This document shows, in pieces, positions 55,792 to 64,000 of a stretch of 64,000 nucleotides of DNA. A program made the translations under genes and the position numbers. The notes under the pieces are model-generated. The model saw only the letters and a list, made by a program, of their open reading frames with translations, had not been told where the DNA came from and ran no database searches. How positions within the stretch are numbered: position 1 is the first letter of the stretch; every line of letters starts with the position of its first letter. Source of the stretch: Acidimicrobiia bacterium (GTDB lineage Bacteria; Actinomycetota; Acidimicrobiia; Spongiisociales; ZC4RG35); the NCBI GenBank assembly GCA_965214265.1, contig CBDCBK010000010.1, positions 2,056,642-2,120,641 on the forward strand. Direction: 5' to 3'.

Positions 55792-58335
55792 ATGCTCCGA
55801 ACCGCGGTAAAGGCGATGTGGTCGCACAAGCTGCGGCTGGCCCTGACCGCTCTCTCCATAGTGTTGGGAGTGGCGTTCGTGGTGGGCAGCTTCGTGTTCA
55901 CAGACACCATCCAAGACGGTTTCGACAAGCTGTTCGGGGATGCCTACACGGGTGTGGATGTGCAGGTGGAGGCCGAGGTCTCTGATTTCGCCCAACAGGG
56001 CGAGAGCTTCCCCTCCTTCGACGAAGGACTATTGGATCAGATCGCCTCGGTACCCGGAGTAGCGCTGGCGGTGCCGTCGGTCAGGGGCTTCGCTCAACTG
56101 CTCGACTCCGAAGGCAACCTTCTGGGCATCAGCGGGCCGCCCAAATTCGCCTTCTCGTGGGTGGAGGACTCCACCGTGAACAGACTGACGATCCTCGAAG
56201 GCAACGGCCGACCGCCCACGAGACCGGGCGAGGTGGTGGTTGATATGGCAACCGCCTCCCGCCACGACATAGCATTCGACCAGGAAGTGGACGTCGCCTT
56301 CGAGAACGGAAAGGGGCGCTTCCGAGTGGTGGGGCTGGCCACTTCCGTGAGCCAAACCGACTTCGGCGCCAGCTCGCTCCTTTTGTTCGAGCACCGAGAG
56401 ACCCAGCGTCTGTTGGGACTGGAAGGCGAGTTAACCGCCATTGTCGTCCGGGCCGAAGAGGGTCTTTCGCCCGAGGCGCTCTTGGAGAGAATCGAGGCGG
56501 TGCTTCCCGAAGGCCTGACCGCTGCCACCGGCGAACAACTCGAGCAGTCGGTGGTCGAAGAATTGGAGACCGGTCTTGGGTTTTTCAACACCGCTCTCCT
56601 GGTGTTCGCAGCGGTGGCCGTCCTGGTGGGGGCATTCATCATCCAGAACACCTTCCGCATCATCATCGCCCAGCGACTCCGGGAACTGGCGCTCCTGCGG
56701 GCGATCGGAGCTACCTCCCGTCAGATAGTCAGGATGGTGGTCACCGAAGCCGCGCTGGTGGGTCTGGTGGCATCGGCTTTGGGAGTGGGCGCCGGGGTCT
56801 TGCTGGCATACGGCATGAGGCAAGCCCTCGACCTGATAGGTTTCTCATTCCCCGCCGGCGACCTGGTGGTCCAAACCCGCACCTTCATCATCGGCATGGT
56901 GGTGGGGGTGGTGATCACAGTGGCTTCGGCGCTGCTTCCCGCCCTCAAGGCCTCCTCCGTCCCGCCGGTGGCCGCTCTCCGGGCCGGGGCCGGCCTTACC
57001 AAACGGGCTTCGCTTCGCAACCGGGCCATCATCGGCTTCTCGATCACCGGGTTGGGCATCGCCGGCCTGGTGGTGGGACTGGTGTGGCTGGGAATCACCT
57101 GGGTGGGCGGCGGCGCCTTGCTCCTGTTCTTGGGAGTGGCCACTTTGGCGCCGTTGGTAGCCCGTCCGGCCGGGTCCTTCCTGGGCTGGCCGCTCCCCCG
57201 GTTGTTCGGCCTGCCCGGTCTCCTCGCGAAGGAGAACACCCGCCGCCAGCCTCGCCGCACCGCTGCTACCGCCTCGGCGCTCATGATCGGAATCGCCTTG
57301 GTCTCTTTCGTGGCGGTGCTGTCCAGTTCCATCAGCGACTCGGTGAGACAGTCTCTCTTGGAGACCTTCGCCGCCGACCTGACCATCACTTCGGTCAACT
57401 TCAACACCGGGGTGAGCAACGACTTCGTGGAAGATCTTTACCAATTGGAGGGCATGGCAGCCATCTCACCGGTACGGGTGGGTTGGGTGCGAATCACCAC
57501 CGCCGACGGATCAGAGGAGGAGGTGACCAACATCGCCGCCATAGATCCCGCCACGGTGGAGCAGGTGTGGTCGACCGGCGCCGAACCGGGGATCGAAGCT
57601 GTGGGGGAGGGAATGATCGTGGAGACCAACCAGATGGAAGACCGCGGGTGGACGGTGGGCGACGCTCTCACCCTGGAGTTCCCTAACGGCGAGAGCACCC
57701 AGCTGGAGATCACCGGAACCCTGGCGTCGGAGGCATTCGGCGGGATTCTCATCTCCGAAGAGCGATTTCTTCGGTACTACCAGTTGACCGCGCCCGCCAT
57801 AGTGCTGGTCGCAGTGGGCGAAGGGATTGAACTCGAGGGCGCCAGGAAACGGGTGGAAGCTCTGGCGGCTGATTATCCGCTGGTGCAGATCCAGACCAAG
57901 AGCGAGTTCGCCGCTGACTTCGAGAACCAGATCGGCCAGTTGGTGGCGGTGTTCAATGGACTCTTGGCACTGGCCATCGTCATTGCCATCCTGGGGATCG
58001 CCAACACCCTGGCGCTCTCCATCACCGAGCGCATCCGGGAGATAGGATTGCTGCGGGCGGTGGGGATGGTCCGCCGCCAGGTGCGCCGGATGGTCCGCTG
58101 GGAAGCGGTGATCGTGGCGGTGTTCGGCGCAGCGCTGGGCGTGCTGCTGGGCAGTGTTCTGGGCTGGGCGGTGCGGTTGGCCTTGGCCGACGACGGCTTG
58201 GCAGTGTTCAGCCTCCCGGTATCCCAACTGCTCATCTACGTGGCTCTGGCCGGAGTGGCCGGAGTGTTAGCCGCCATCCTCCCCGCACGTTCAGCCAGTC
58301 GCATCAAGATCCTGGACGCCATCGCCTACGAATAG
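55792..58335 (+). CDS. FtsX-like ABC transporter permease (duplicated)
   Basis: Two halves with NTF...QRLRELALLRAIG and NTL...ERIREIGLLRAVG motifs; large extracellular loops. Confidence 0.94.
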   Translation: MLRTAVKAMWSHKLRLALTALSIVLGVAFVVGSFVFTDTIQDGFDKLFGDAYTGVDVQVEAEVSDFAQQGESFPSFDEGLLDQIASVPGVALAVPSVRGFAQLLDSEGNLLGISGPPKFAFSWVEDSTVNRLTILEGNGRPPTRPGEVVVDMATASRHDIAFDQEVDVAFENGKGRFRVVGLATSVSQTDFGASSLLLFEHRETQRLLGLEGELTAIVVRAEEGLSPEALLERIEAVLPEGLTAATGEQLEQSVVEELETGLGFFNTALLVFAAVAVLVGAFIIQNTFRIIIAQRLRELALLRAIGATSRQIVRMVVTEAALVGLVASALGVGAGVLLAYGMRQALDLIGFSFPAGDLVVQTRTFIIGMVVGVVITVASALLPALKASSVPPVAALRAGAGLTKRASLRNRAIIGFSITGLGIAGLVVGLVWLGITWVGGGALLLFLGVATLAPLVARPAGSFLGWPLPRLFGLPGLLAKENTRRQPRRTAATASALMIGIALVSFVAVLSSSISDSVRQSLLETFAADLTITSVNFNTGVSNDFVEDLYQLEGMAAISPVRVGWVRITTADGSEEEVTNIAAIDPATVEQVWSTGAEPGIEAVGEGMIVETNQMEDRGWTVGDALTLEFPNGESTQLEITGTLASEAFGGILISEERFLRYYQLTAPAIVLVAVGEGIELEGARKRVEALAADYPLVQIQTKSEFAADFENQIGQLVAVFNGLLALAIVIAILGIANTLALSITERIREIGLLRAVGMVRRQVRRMVRWEAVIVAVFGAALGVLLGSVLGWAVRLALADDGLAVFSLPVSQLLIYVALAGVAGVLAAILPARSASRIKILDAIAYE

Positions 58336-58648
58336 GTATTACTGCGCCCTTTGGTCAAAGCTGTCCAGAGACTTTCTCCCTGTCGTCTCGCCTATTTTCG
58401 CGTTGGAGGAGTTAAGGCTGTCTGCAATTACGTTGCTGCAGGTCTGACCCTGGTTGGTCAAGGCGCCGGGCTATGAATGATGCCATCTGGTCCCGCCGTA
58501 CCGGGTCGTGGGGACAGTAGGCAAGTGGATCAGCAGAACATCACGTTTGTGCTATAAGGGTGTGGGTCAGGGAACTCCGACTTGCAATATGCAACAAACT
58601 GATAGAGCGGTGGAAAGCTACTGCAGAGCGATAGGGATTGGCTTGAAA

Positions 58649-58896
58649 TCAGGTCCTCTCGAGCATCTTGGCGTAGCGGGCGGACCGCTCGCCCCGTTTG
58701 AACAATGAGCAGTCGGCACACCTAGCGCCGTTGCTGACCTCGGTCTGGTAATAGAGGCAGCAGGCGTTGCGCTCCCAAACCACCGAAGCCCCTCGCCAAT
58801 CCGAGCGATCTGACCCGACCGCTGCAGTTCGTTGCGGCCGGTGGCGAAGAATCCCTCTACGAGGCGGCGGATTCGTTCGGCCTTCTCGACAAGGAC
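58649..58896 (-). pseudogene. Remnant of FhuF-like ferric-siderophore reductase (C-terminal 2Fe-2S domain)
   Basis: Minus strand encodes WERNACCLYYQTEVSNGARCADCSL (CC-x12-C-x2-C); the upstream part is frameshifted and cut by a TAG. Confidence 0.7.
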
Positions 58897-58990
58897 CTAC
58901 TGCTGAAACATGGGTCTGAGGAAATAACTGTTCTGCCCGTTTACCACAATGTCGATCTCGTCATCAACCATCTCCTGTTTGTACTTGTAA

Positions 58991-59006
58991 TCGAACGTAT
59001 GTTCGA
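58991..59006. promoter_or_regulatory. LexA (SOS) box
   Basis: TCGAAC-GTAT-GTTCGA, extended palindrome GTAA...TTAC (58987-59010), 48 nt upstream of the imuB ATG. Confidence 0.9.
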
Positions 59007-59054
59007 TTACCCTATACGGATTCCCAACTGGGTTTGCCTGCCGAAGGAGGTGCG

Positions 59055-60500
59055 ATGCGGGTTGTGTGTCTGCTCATCTCTCATCTGAGAGCCAAGTCTG
59101 AGATTCGGCGCGACGCGCATCTGAAAGACCGACCGGCAGTGATCATCGACCGGACCGGATCCATTCCCCGGGTCATAGATCACACCCCCCGAGCCTTCCG
59201 GGTGAGCGCCGGGATGACATTGGAGCAGGCCATATCCCACTATGCAAACTGCCTCGTCTTAGAGGCGGACGAGCCCTATTACCAGGAAGTATTCGATGAT
59301 GTGCTGGGATCCCTGGTGGATGTCGGCCATCGCGTGGAGGGTCCGGAACTCGGCACGGCTTATGTGCGCCTCGACGGCCTGGGGGCTCTGTACGGTGGCG
59401 AGGCCCGTTTGGTGTACACGCTCTTGGGGGTCGTTCCTCACGATTTGGAACCGGCGGTGGGAGTGGGTGACGCCAAATTCCCCGCCTTCGTGGCAGCCCG
59501 GACGGGAAAGGGGCTGGAAGTGACCTGGGCGCCTTCCGATCCGGCTCGATTCCTCTCCCCCCACTCCATCGACCTGCTTCCCCTGTCGGCCGAGATCAAA
59601 TCGGACCTGCGCCTTCTGGGCCTGCACACCATGGGTGATGTCGCCAAGCTGCCCAATGGCCTCCTGGCAGACCAGTTCGGCCTGGAAGGACTGCAAGCGT
59701 GGTCTCTCTGCAACGGCATCGACGAGCGTCCCCTGATCCCCCTGGAAGTGCGAGAAACCATCGTTGAACACACATCTTTCCCCAACCATTCGGCCTCTTT
59801 GGAACTGTTCTTGGTGACGGTGGACATCCTTTTGCAGAAGGCCTTCTCCCGGCCCCGGATGCTGGGGAGACAGGCGGCCGGCGTGGCCCTGGAATGCACC
59901 TCGGAGAGTGCTCCGTCATGGCGCAAGTCGATCCATTTCAAGCGAGGTGTCCACGGATGGGAGAAGGCTTCTTCGATCATCAGGAATCAATTGGAGATGG
60001 ACACTCCCCGGATCCCCATCGAAGAGATCCGCCTGACCCTCACCAATCTCAGCGGAGCGTCGGGAGTGCAGTTGGGGCTCTGGGCCGATCCGAAGAAAGT
60101 CAAGTGGCGCCGGATAAGAGACGTAGAGAAAAAACTCCGGGCCCGAATGCGGGGAAACTACGTCCTGCACCGGGTGGTCGAGGTGGCCCCCTGGCATCCG
60201 GCGCCAGAGATGCGGGCATTCCAGGTCCCCATCGACCGATCGGGGAGCTACTCCATCAAACCTGTTGCGACGCCCACCCGGGTGCCTGTCCGGGAAGGCG
60301 CCCACCGCCGGCCGGTGGCTGTGTTGTTGGGAGACCAATGGCGTCAAGTGACTCGGGTGGCCGACCTTTGGACTTTCGATCTGTGGTGGCTGCCGAAACC
60401 GATAACCCGAACCTATTACCGGCTGAACGGAGAGGACGGGCGACAGATCACCCTCTTCTACGACCAGAGAGGGAAATGCTGGTACAGGCAGAGCGGCTAG
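59055..60500 (+). CDS. imuB: ImuB-type inactive Y-family polymerase
   Basis: Y-family layout (GMTLEQA, LGLHTMGDVAKLP) without the catalytic acidic motifs; AAGGAGG RBS; directly before dnaE2. Confidence 0.88.
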   Translation: MRVVCLLISHLRAKSEIRRDAHLKDRPAVIIDRTGSIPRVIDHTPRAFRVSAGMTLEQAISHYANCLVLEADEPYYQEVFDDVLGSLVDVGHRVEGPELGTAYVRLDGLGALYGGEARLVYTLLGVVPHDLEPAVGVGDAKFPAFVAARTGKGLEVTWAPSDPARFLSPHSIDLLPLSAEIKSDLRLLGLHTMGDVAKLPNGLLADQFGLEGLQAWSLCNGIDERPLIPLEVRETIVEHTSFPNHSASLELFLVTVDILLQKAFSRPRMLGRQAAGVALECTSESAPSWRKSIHFKRGVHGWEKASSIIRNQLEMDTPRIPIEEIRLTLTNLSGASGVQLGLWADPKKVKWRRIRDVEKKLRARMRGNYVLHRVVEVAPWHPAPEMRAFQVPIDRSGSYSIKPVATPTRVPVREGAHRRPVAVLLGDQWRQVTRVADLWTFDLWWLPKPITRTYYRLNGEDGRQITLFYDQRGKCWYRQSG

Positions 60501-60508
60501 AGGAGGGA

Positions 60509-63500
60509 ATGGGTGTGGCCTCGGGCTACGTGGAACTTCACTGCAAGAGCTTCTATTCCTTCGGTATGGGAGCATCACACGTCCACGAACTTCTGGCCGC
60601 CGCCAAGGAGTACGGCTATTCGGCCATGGCTCTGACCGACACCAACCTGTGCGGCGCTTTGGAGTTCGCCCGCCTGGCCAACAGTCTGGGAATACAACCG
60701 GTAACCGGTGGGGAACTGACCTTGACAGACAACACGCGGTTGGTCCTTCTGGCCCGGACCCGGAAGGGATATGCCAACCTCTCCCGGCTGTTCACCCTGG
60801 CCAATGGCATGGACCGAAAAGACCCTCGGCTCGATCCCGAGCACCTGTCCGGGCACTCGGAGGGACTGATCCTTCTCACTGGAGGGCGCCAGAGCCGTCT
60901 CTCTCAACTGGTGCGGTCCGGCCGGGTACAGGAGGCTCAGGACCTTCTCCATAGATATCGGGTTTGGTTCGGCCCGGACCATGTGTATGTGGAGCTCCAA
61001 CAGAACCTCTTGGAAGGTGACACCCGGCGCAACCGGGAACTGTCATCTCTGGCTCAAGCGGAAGGCGTGCCGGTGGTGGCCACCAACGACGTTCACTATC
61101 ACTCTCCGGAGCGCTACCGCCTCCAGAACGCACTGGTGGCCGCCAAGCACAACACCACCATCGATCAGGCCCTTCCATACATCAGACCCAACCATCACCT
61201 GTACCTCAAGTCTTCGGAACAGATGAAACGATTGTTCGCCAACCTCCCCGAAGCGGTCTCCAACACTGTGAAAATCGCCAGCCAGTGTTCTTTCGATCTC
61301 AGCACCGATCTTGGTTACCGCCTCCCCGAACCGCAAGTGCCGAAAGGACACACTCCCGACAGCTACCTCTACGAGCTCTGTCTCGAAGCCGCCGTCCGGC
61401 GCTACGGATCGGTTACCCCGCCCATCCGGGAACGTCTGGAGGAAGAGTTCCGGCTGATCGAGATGCACCGTCTGGCCGGCTTTCTGCTGCTGTATCGGCA
61501 GATCGCTCTCATCGCGCAGAAGATCATGGTCGAAGAGGGATTGGTGCGTCCCGGCATACCGCTCGAAAAGCAGCCGCCGGGGAGAGGGCGGGGATCATCG
61601 GTGGCGCTTTTGGTGGGATATCTGATCGGCATCAGCCATGTTGATCCTCTGAAGTGGAACCTCACCCTGGAACGGTTCATCTCAGAGGACACGAGTCTGC
61701 TTCCCGACATCGATCTCGATTTCCCCCGCCACCTCAGAGACAAGCTGATAGAGCGGATCCATCGGCATTTCGGCTCCGAATACGCGGTGCTCACCGGCGC
61801 CATCTCCACCTACACCGTGAAGGGCATTATCCAGGATCTGGGCAAGGCGTTCGGACTGCCCAGCCAGGATCTGAGACTTTTATCCAAACAGATCCACTCC
61901 CATGACGCGTCGGATCTGAAAGATGAAATGCTGGAACTTCCCGCCTTCCGGGATCGGGTGGGAGCCTCCGGATGGAAGAACCTGATCGAGATCGCCCCCC
62001 AACTGATGGGGGCGCCCAAACACCTGAGCCAACATGTGGGAGGGATGATCCTCAGCAGCACCCCCATACCTGAGATGGTTCCCATCCGGCAAGGGGCCAT
62101 CGAAGGGCGTTTCATCATGGATTGGAACAAGGACAATGTCGCCGACGCCAACTTCGCCAAGATCGACCTGCTCTCTCTGCCGGCGCTAGATCAACTGCAC
62201 GAAGCTTTGGATCTGATCGAGGAGCAAGAAGGCACAAGACCCGACCTGAGCCGACTCGACCCCGACGATCCCCAGGTTTACGGGATGATCACCGAAGGCC
62301 GATCCAAAGGGGTGTTTTTGCTCCAGTCGCCCGCTCAGTTGAAGATGGGTCGCCGACTTCGGCCCAAAAACCTGCTCGACCTTGCCTATCAGGTGGCGCT
62401 GATTCGCCCGGGCGTCGGCGTGCAGGGAAGCGCCGTCTCGCTGTTCGTGGACCGATACCGCCACGGCGCCTCCTGGGAGTACGACCACCCATTGGAAAAG
62501 CGCGCTCTGGAGCGTGGATACGGGGTGATCGTATGGCAGGAGCAGGTGGTGCAGCTCATCATGGACGTGGCGGGAATGACCGCCGCCCAGGCCGATGAGA
62601 TACGAAGATCCTTCGCCCGCTCCAACAACCAGCACCTGATCGCCATGCACTGGAAAGATTTTCTGAAAGGCGCAGAGAAGCGGGGCGTCTCCAAGCAAAC
62701 GGCTCGGAAGATTTTCTCCAAGATCAACGGCCACTACATGTTCCCCGAATCCCACTCGCACGCCTTTGCCATCACCGCCTATCAGGTGGCCTGGCTCAAG
62801 CGCTATCACCCTTTGGAGTTCTTCACGACTCTCATCAACAACCAGCCCATGGGGTTTTACCCGTTGGAGACTCTCAAACAGGACGCCAAAAGCTTCGGCG
62901 TGCCGTTTCTCCATCCATGCATCAACCAAAGCGGTGTCAAATGCGTCCCCGAAGACGGCGCCGTACGGCTGGGTATGGGCATCGTCAAAGATGTTGGAGA
63001 CCGGTCCGCAGAAACAATCGTTGAAGAGAGAAAACGCAACGGCCCCTATTGCGGCGCCGGTGATCTGATCCGACGGACCGGCTTGAAGCCCCAAGCCGTG
63101 GTCTCTTTGGTGATGGCAGGAGCTTTGGACGGCATCACCCCCAACCGCCGGACCGCGATCTGGGATGCGGGACTTTCGGCCCGCCCCTCTCGAAAAGGAC
63201 AGACCGTCATGGACACCACCAGGGGAAGCCAAAAACCCGACCTGGCCGATTTCACCGACTACGAGAAAATGGCGAGCGCCTATGATGTGATGTCCATCTA
63301 TCCGGGAGGCCATCTAATAGAATATCTCCGGGAAAGACTCGGCTCAGACGTGCTGACCACCGCCGAGGTAGACAGATGCGCCGAAGAGGACAAAGTCCTG
63401 GTGGCGGGCTGGCCCATCGCCCGACAACACCCACGCGGGATCGGCGGCACGGTGTTCGTGACCATCGAGGACGAGACCGCAGATGTTCAACTGATCATCT

Positions 63501-63661
63501 GGCCGGATGTCTTCGCCCGCTACAAAAAGCAGCTCAGAAGCCAGGTGATCCTGGCGCGGGGCGTGATCTCCCGATGGGACGGCACCACCTCCATCATCGT
63601 CTCGTCTCTGGAATCAGTCGACATCCCGGTGGCAATGCCCGCCGCCCACGACTGGCACTGA
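60509..63661 (+). CDS. dnaE2: Error-prone DNA polymerase DnaE2 (ImuC)
   Basis: PHP domain (YVELHCKS), GRGSS, PDIDLDF, KIDLL, FPESHS, QPMGFY, OB fold; AGGAGG RBS before ATG 60509. Confidence 0.95.
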   Translation: MGVASGYVELHCKSFYSFGMGASHVHELLAAAKEYGYSAMALTDTNLCGALEFARLANSLGIQPVTGGELTLTDNTRLVLLARTRKGYANLSRLFTLANGMDRKDPRLDPEHLSGHSEGLILLTGGRQSRLSQLVRSGRVQEAQDLLHRYRVWFGPDHVYVELQQNLLEGDTRRNRELSSLAQAEGVPVVATNDVHYHSPERYRLQNALVAAKHNTTIDQALPYIRPNHHLYLKSSEQMKRLFANLPEAVSNTVKIASQCSFDLSTDLGYRLPEPQVPKGHTPDSYLYELCLEAAVRRYGSVTPPIRERLEEEFRLIEMHRLAGFLLLYRQIALIAQKIMVEEGLVRPGIPLEKQPPGRGRGSSVALLVGYLIGISHVDPLKWNLTLERFISEDTSLLPDIDLDFPRHLRDKLIERIHRHFGSEYAVLTGAISTYTVKGIIQDLGKAFGLPSQDLRLLSKQIHSHDASDLKDEMLELPAFRDRVGASGWKNLIEIAPQLMGAPKHLSQHVGGMILSSTPIPEMVPIRQGAIEGRFIMDWNKDNVADANFAKIDLLSLPALDQLHEALDLIEEQEGTRPDLSRLDPDDPQVYGMITEGRSKGVFLLQSPAQLKMGRRLRPKNLLDLAYQVALIRPGVGVQGSAVSLFVDRYRHGASWEYDHPLEKRALERGYGVIVWQEQVVQLIMDVAGMTAAQADEIRRSFARSNNQHLIAMHWKDFLKGAEKRGVSKQTARKIFSKINGHYMFPESHSHAFAITAYQVAWLKRYHPLEFFTTLINNQPMGFYPLETLKQDAKSFGVPFLHPCINQSGVKCVPEDGAVRLGMGIVKDVGDRSAETIVEERKRNGPYCGAGDLIRRTGLKPQAVVSLVMAGALDGITPNRRTAIWDAGLSARPSRKGQTVMDTTRGSQKPDLADFTDYEKMASAYDVMSIYPGGHLIEYLRERLGSDVLTTAEVDRCAEEDKVLVAGWPIARQHPRGIGGTVFVTIEDETADVQLIIWPDVFARYKKQLRSQVILARGVISRWDGTTSIIVSSLESVDIPVAMPAAHDWH

Positions 63662-63784
63662 CCTGAACACACTGCTTCTTATTTAGAGATGGCCGACTTT
63701 CGGGGAATACATGCCCTTTGGCCTCCACAATGACCGCTCTGCAGGAGGAATGTCCAAGGGCTCTTCTATCGCCGGTGTAGAGCG

Positions 63785-64000
63785 TTACTGATTGAGACCG
63801 AGTAGTTTCTCGGGATTGCGTTTAACTAATTTGCGGACATCATCGACCAGTATGCCAAGATCTAGCAAGGAGGCAATAAACTCGCGCAAGCCTTCGACTG
63901 GATCTGGCAACGTGTACCCGCCGAAATCGGTTGCAATAATGCAATGATCGGCTCCCACCTCTTGGATCTGTTCGGCAGCCTTCCTTAGGCTACCGCTCAC
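63785..64000 (-). CDS. C-terminus of an amidohydrolase-like (DUF6282-type) protein, partial
   Basis: VGADHCIIATDFG...PVEG...NPEKLLGL; runs off the window end. Confidence 0.65.
   Translation of the reverse strand: MSGSLRKAAEQIQEVGADHCIIATDFGGYTLPDPVEGLREFIASLLDLGILVDDVRKLVKRNPEKLLGLNQ

Noticed and set aside
59894-60508. 205-aa N-terminal extension of DnaE2
   Set aside because: Overlaps imuB in another frame; the RBS and PHP domain begin at 60509.

Overview
High-GC core-genome window of an actinobacterium, most likely Acidimicrobiia. That placement is inferred from gene order (sepF/yggT/divIVA without ftsA; DUF3040 near mraZ; tlyA-nadK-recN...pyrG-nudix-xerD), a MutT1-type enzyme and a Cys-containing SLH surface protein. 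In order, the window holds: the 3' end of ileS; a dcw cell-division cluster on the minus strand (mraZ to divIVA, no murF); an HNH/MerR/DUF3040/dinB block; a K+-dependent membrane pyrophosphatase; polX; ybaK; an ispD pair; a pyrC-D-E-F cassette behind cmk-aroA-rluB-scpAB; dksA-like, xerD, nudix and pyrG; an insert (acyl-CoA ligase, enoyl-CoA hydratase, SLH + 14-repeat beta-propeller protein); recN-nadK-tlyA; a fused 2-oxoacid dehydrogenase E1 alpha/beta; an ABC exporter; and an imuB-dnaE2 cassette with a LexA box but no imuA. Features not evident from the ORF track: a long hairpin burying the rsmH start codon, phased MraZ boxes, a repeat-rich ftsZ promoter region, a CTG-initiated tlyA, a bidirectional leaderless promoter, a structured 240-bp intergenic element, and frameshifted or decayed genes (scpA, TadE-like, GntR, FhuF-like). 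Several frameshifts fall in homopolymers, so assembly error is possible. No rRNA, tRNA, CRISPR or transposase was seen. Family assignments come from motif recognition by eye, not database searches.
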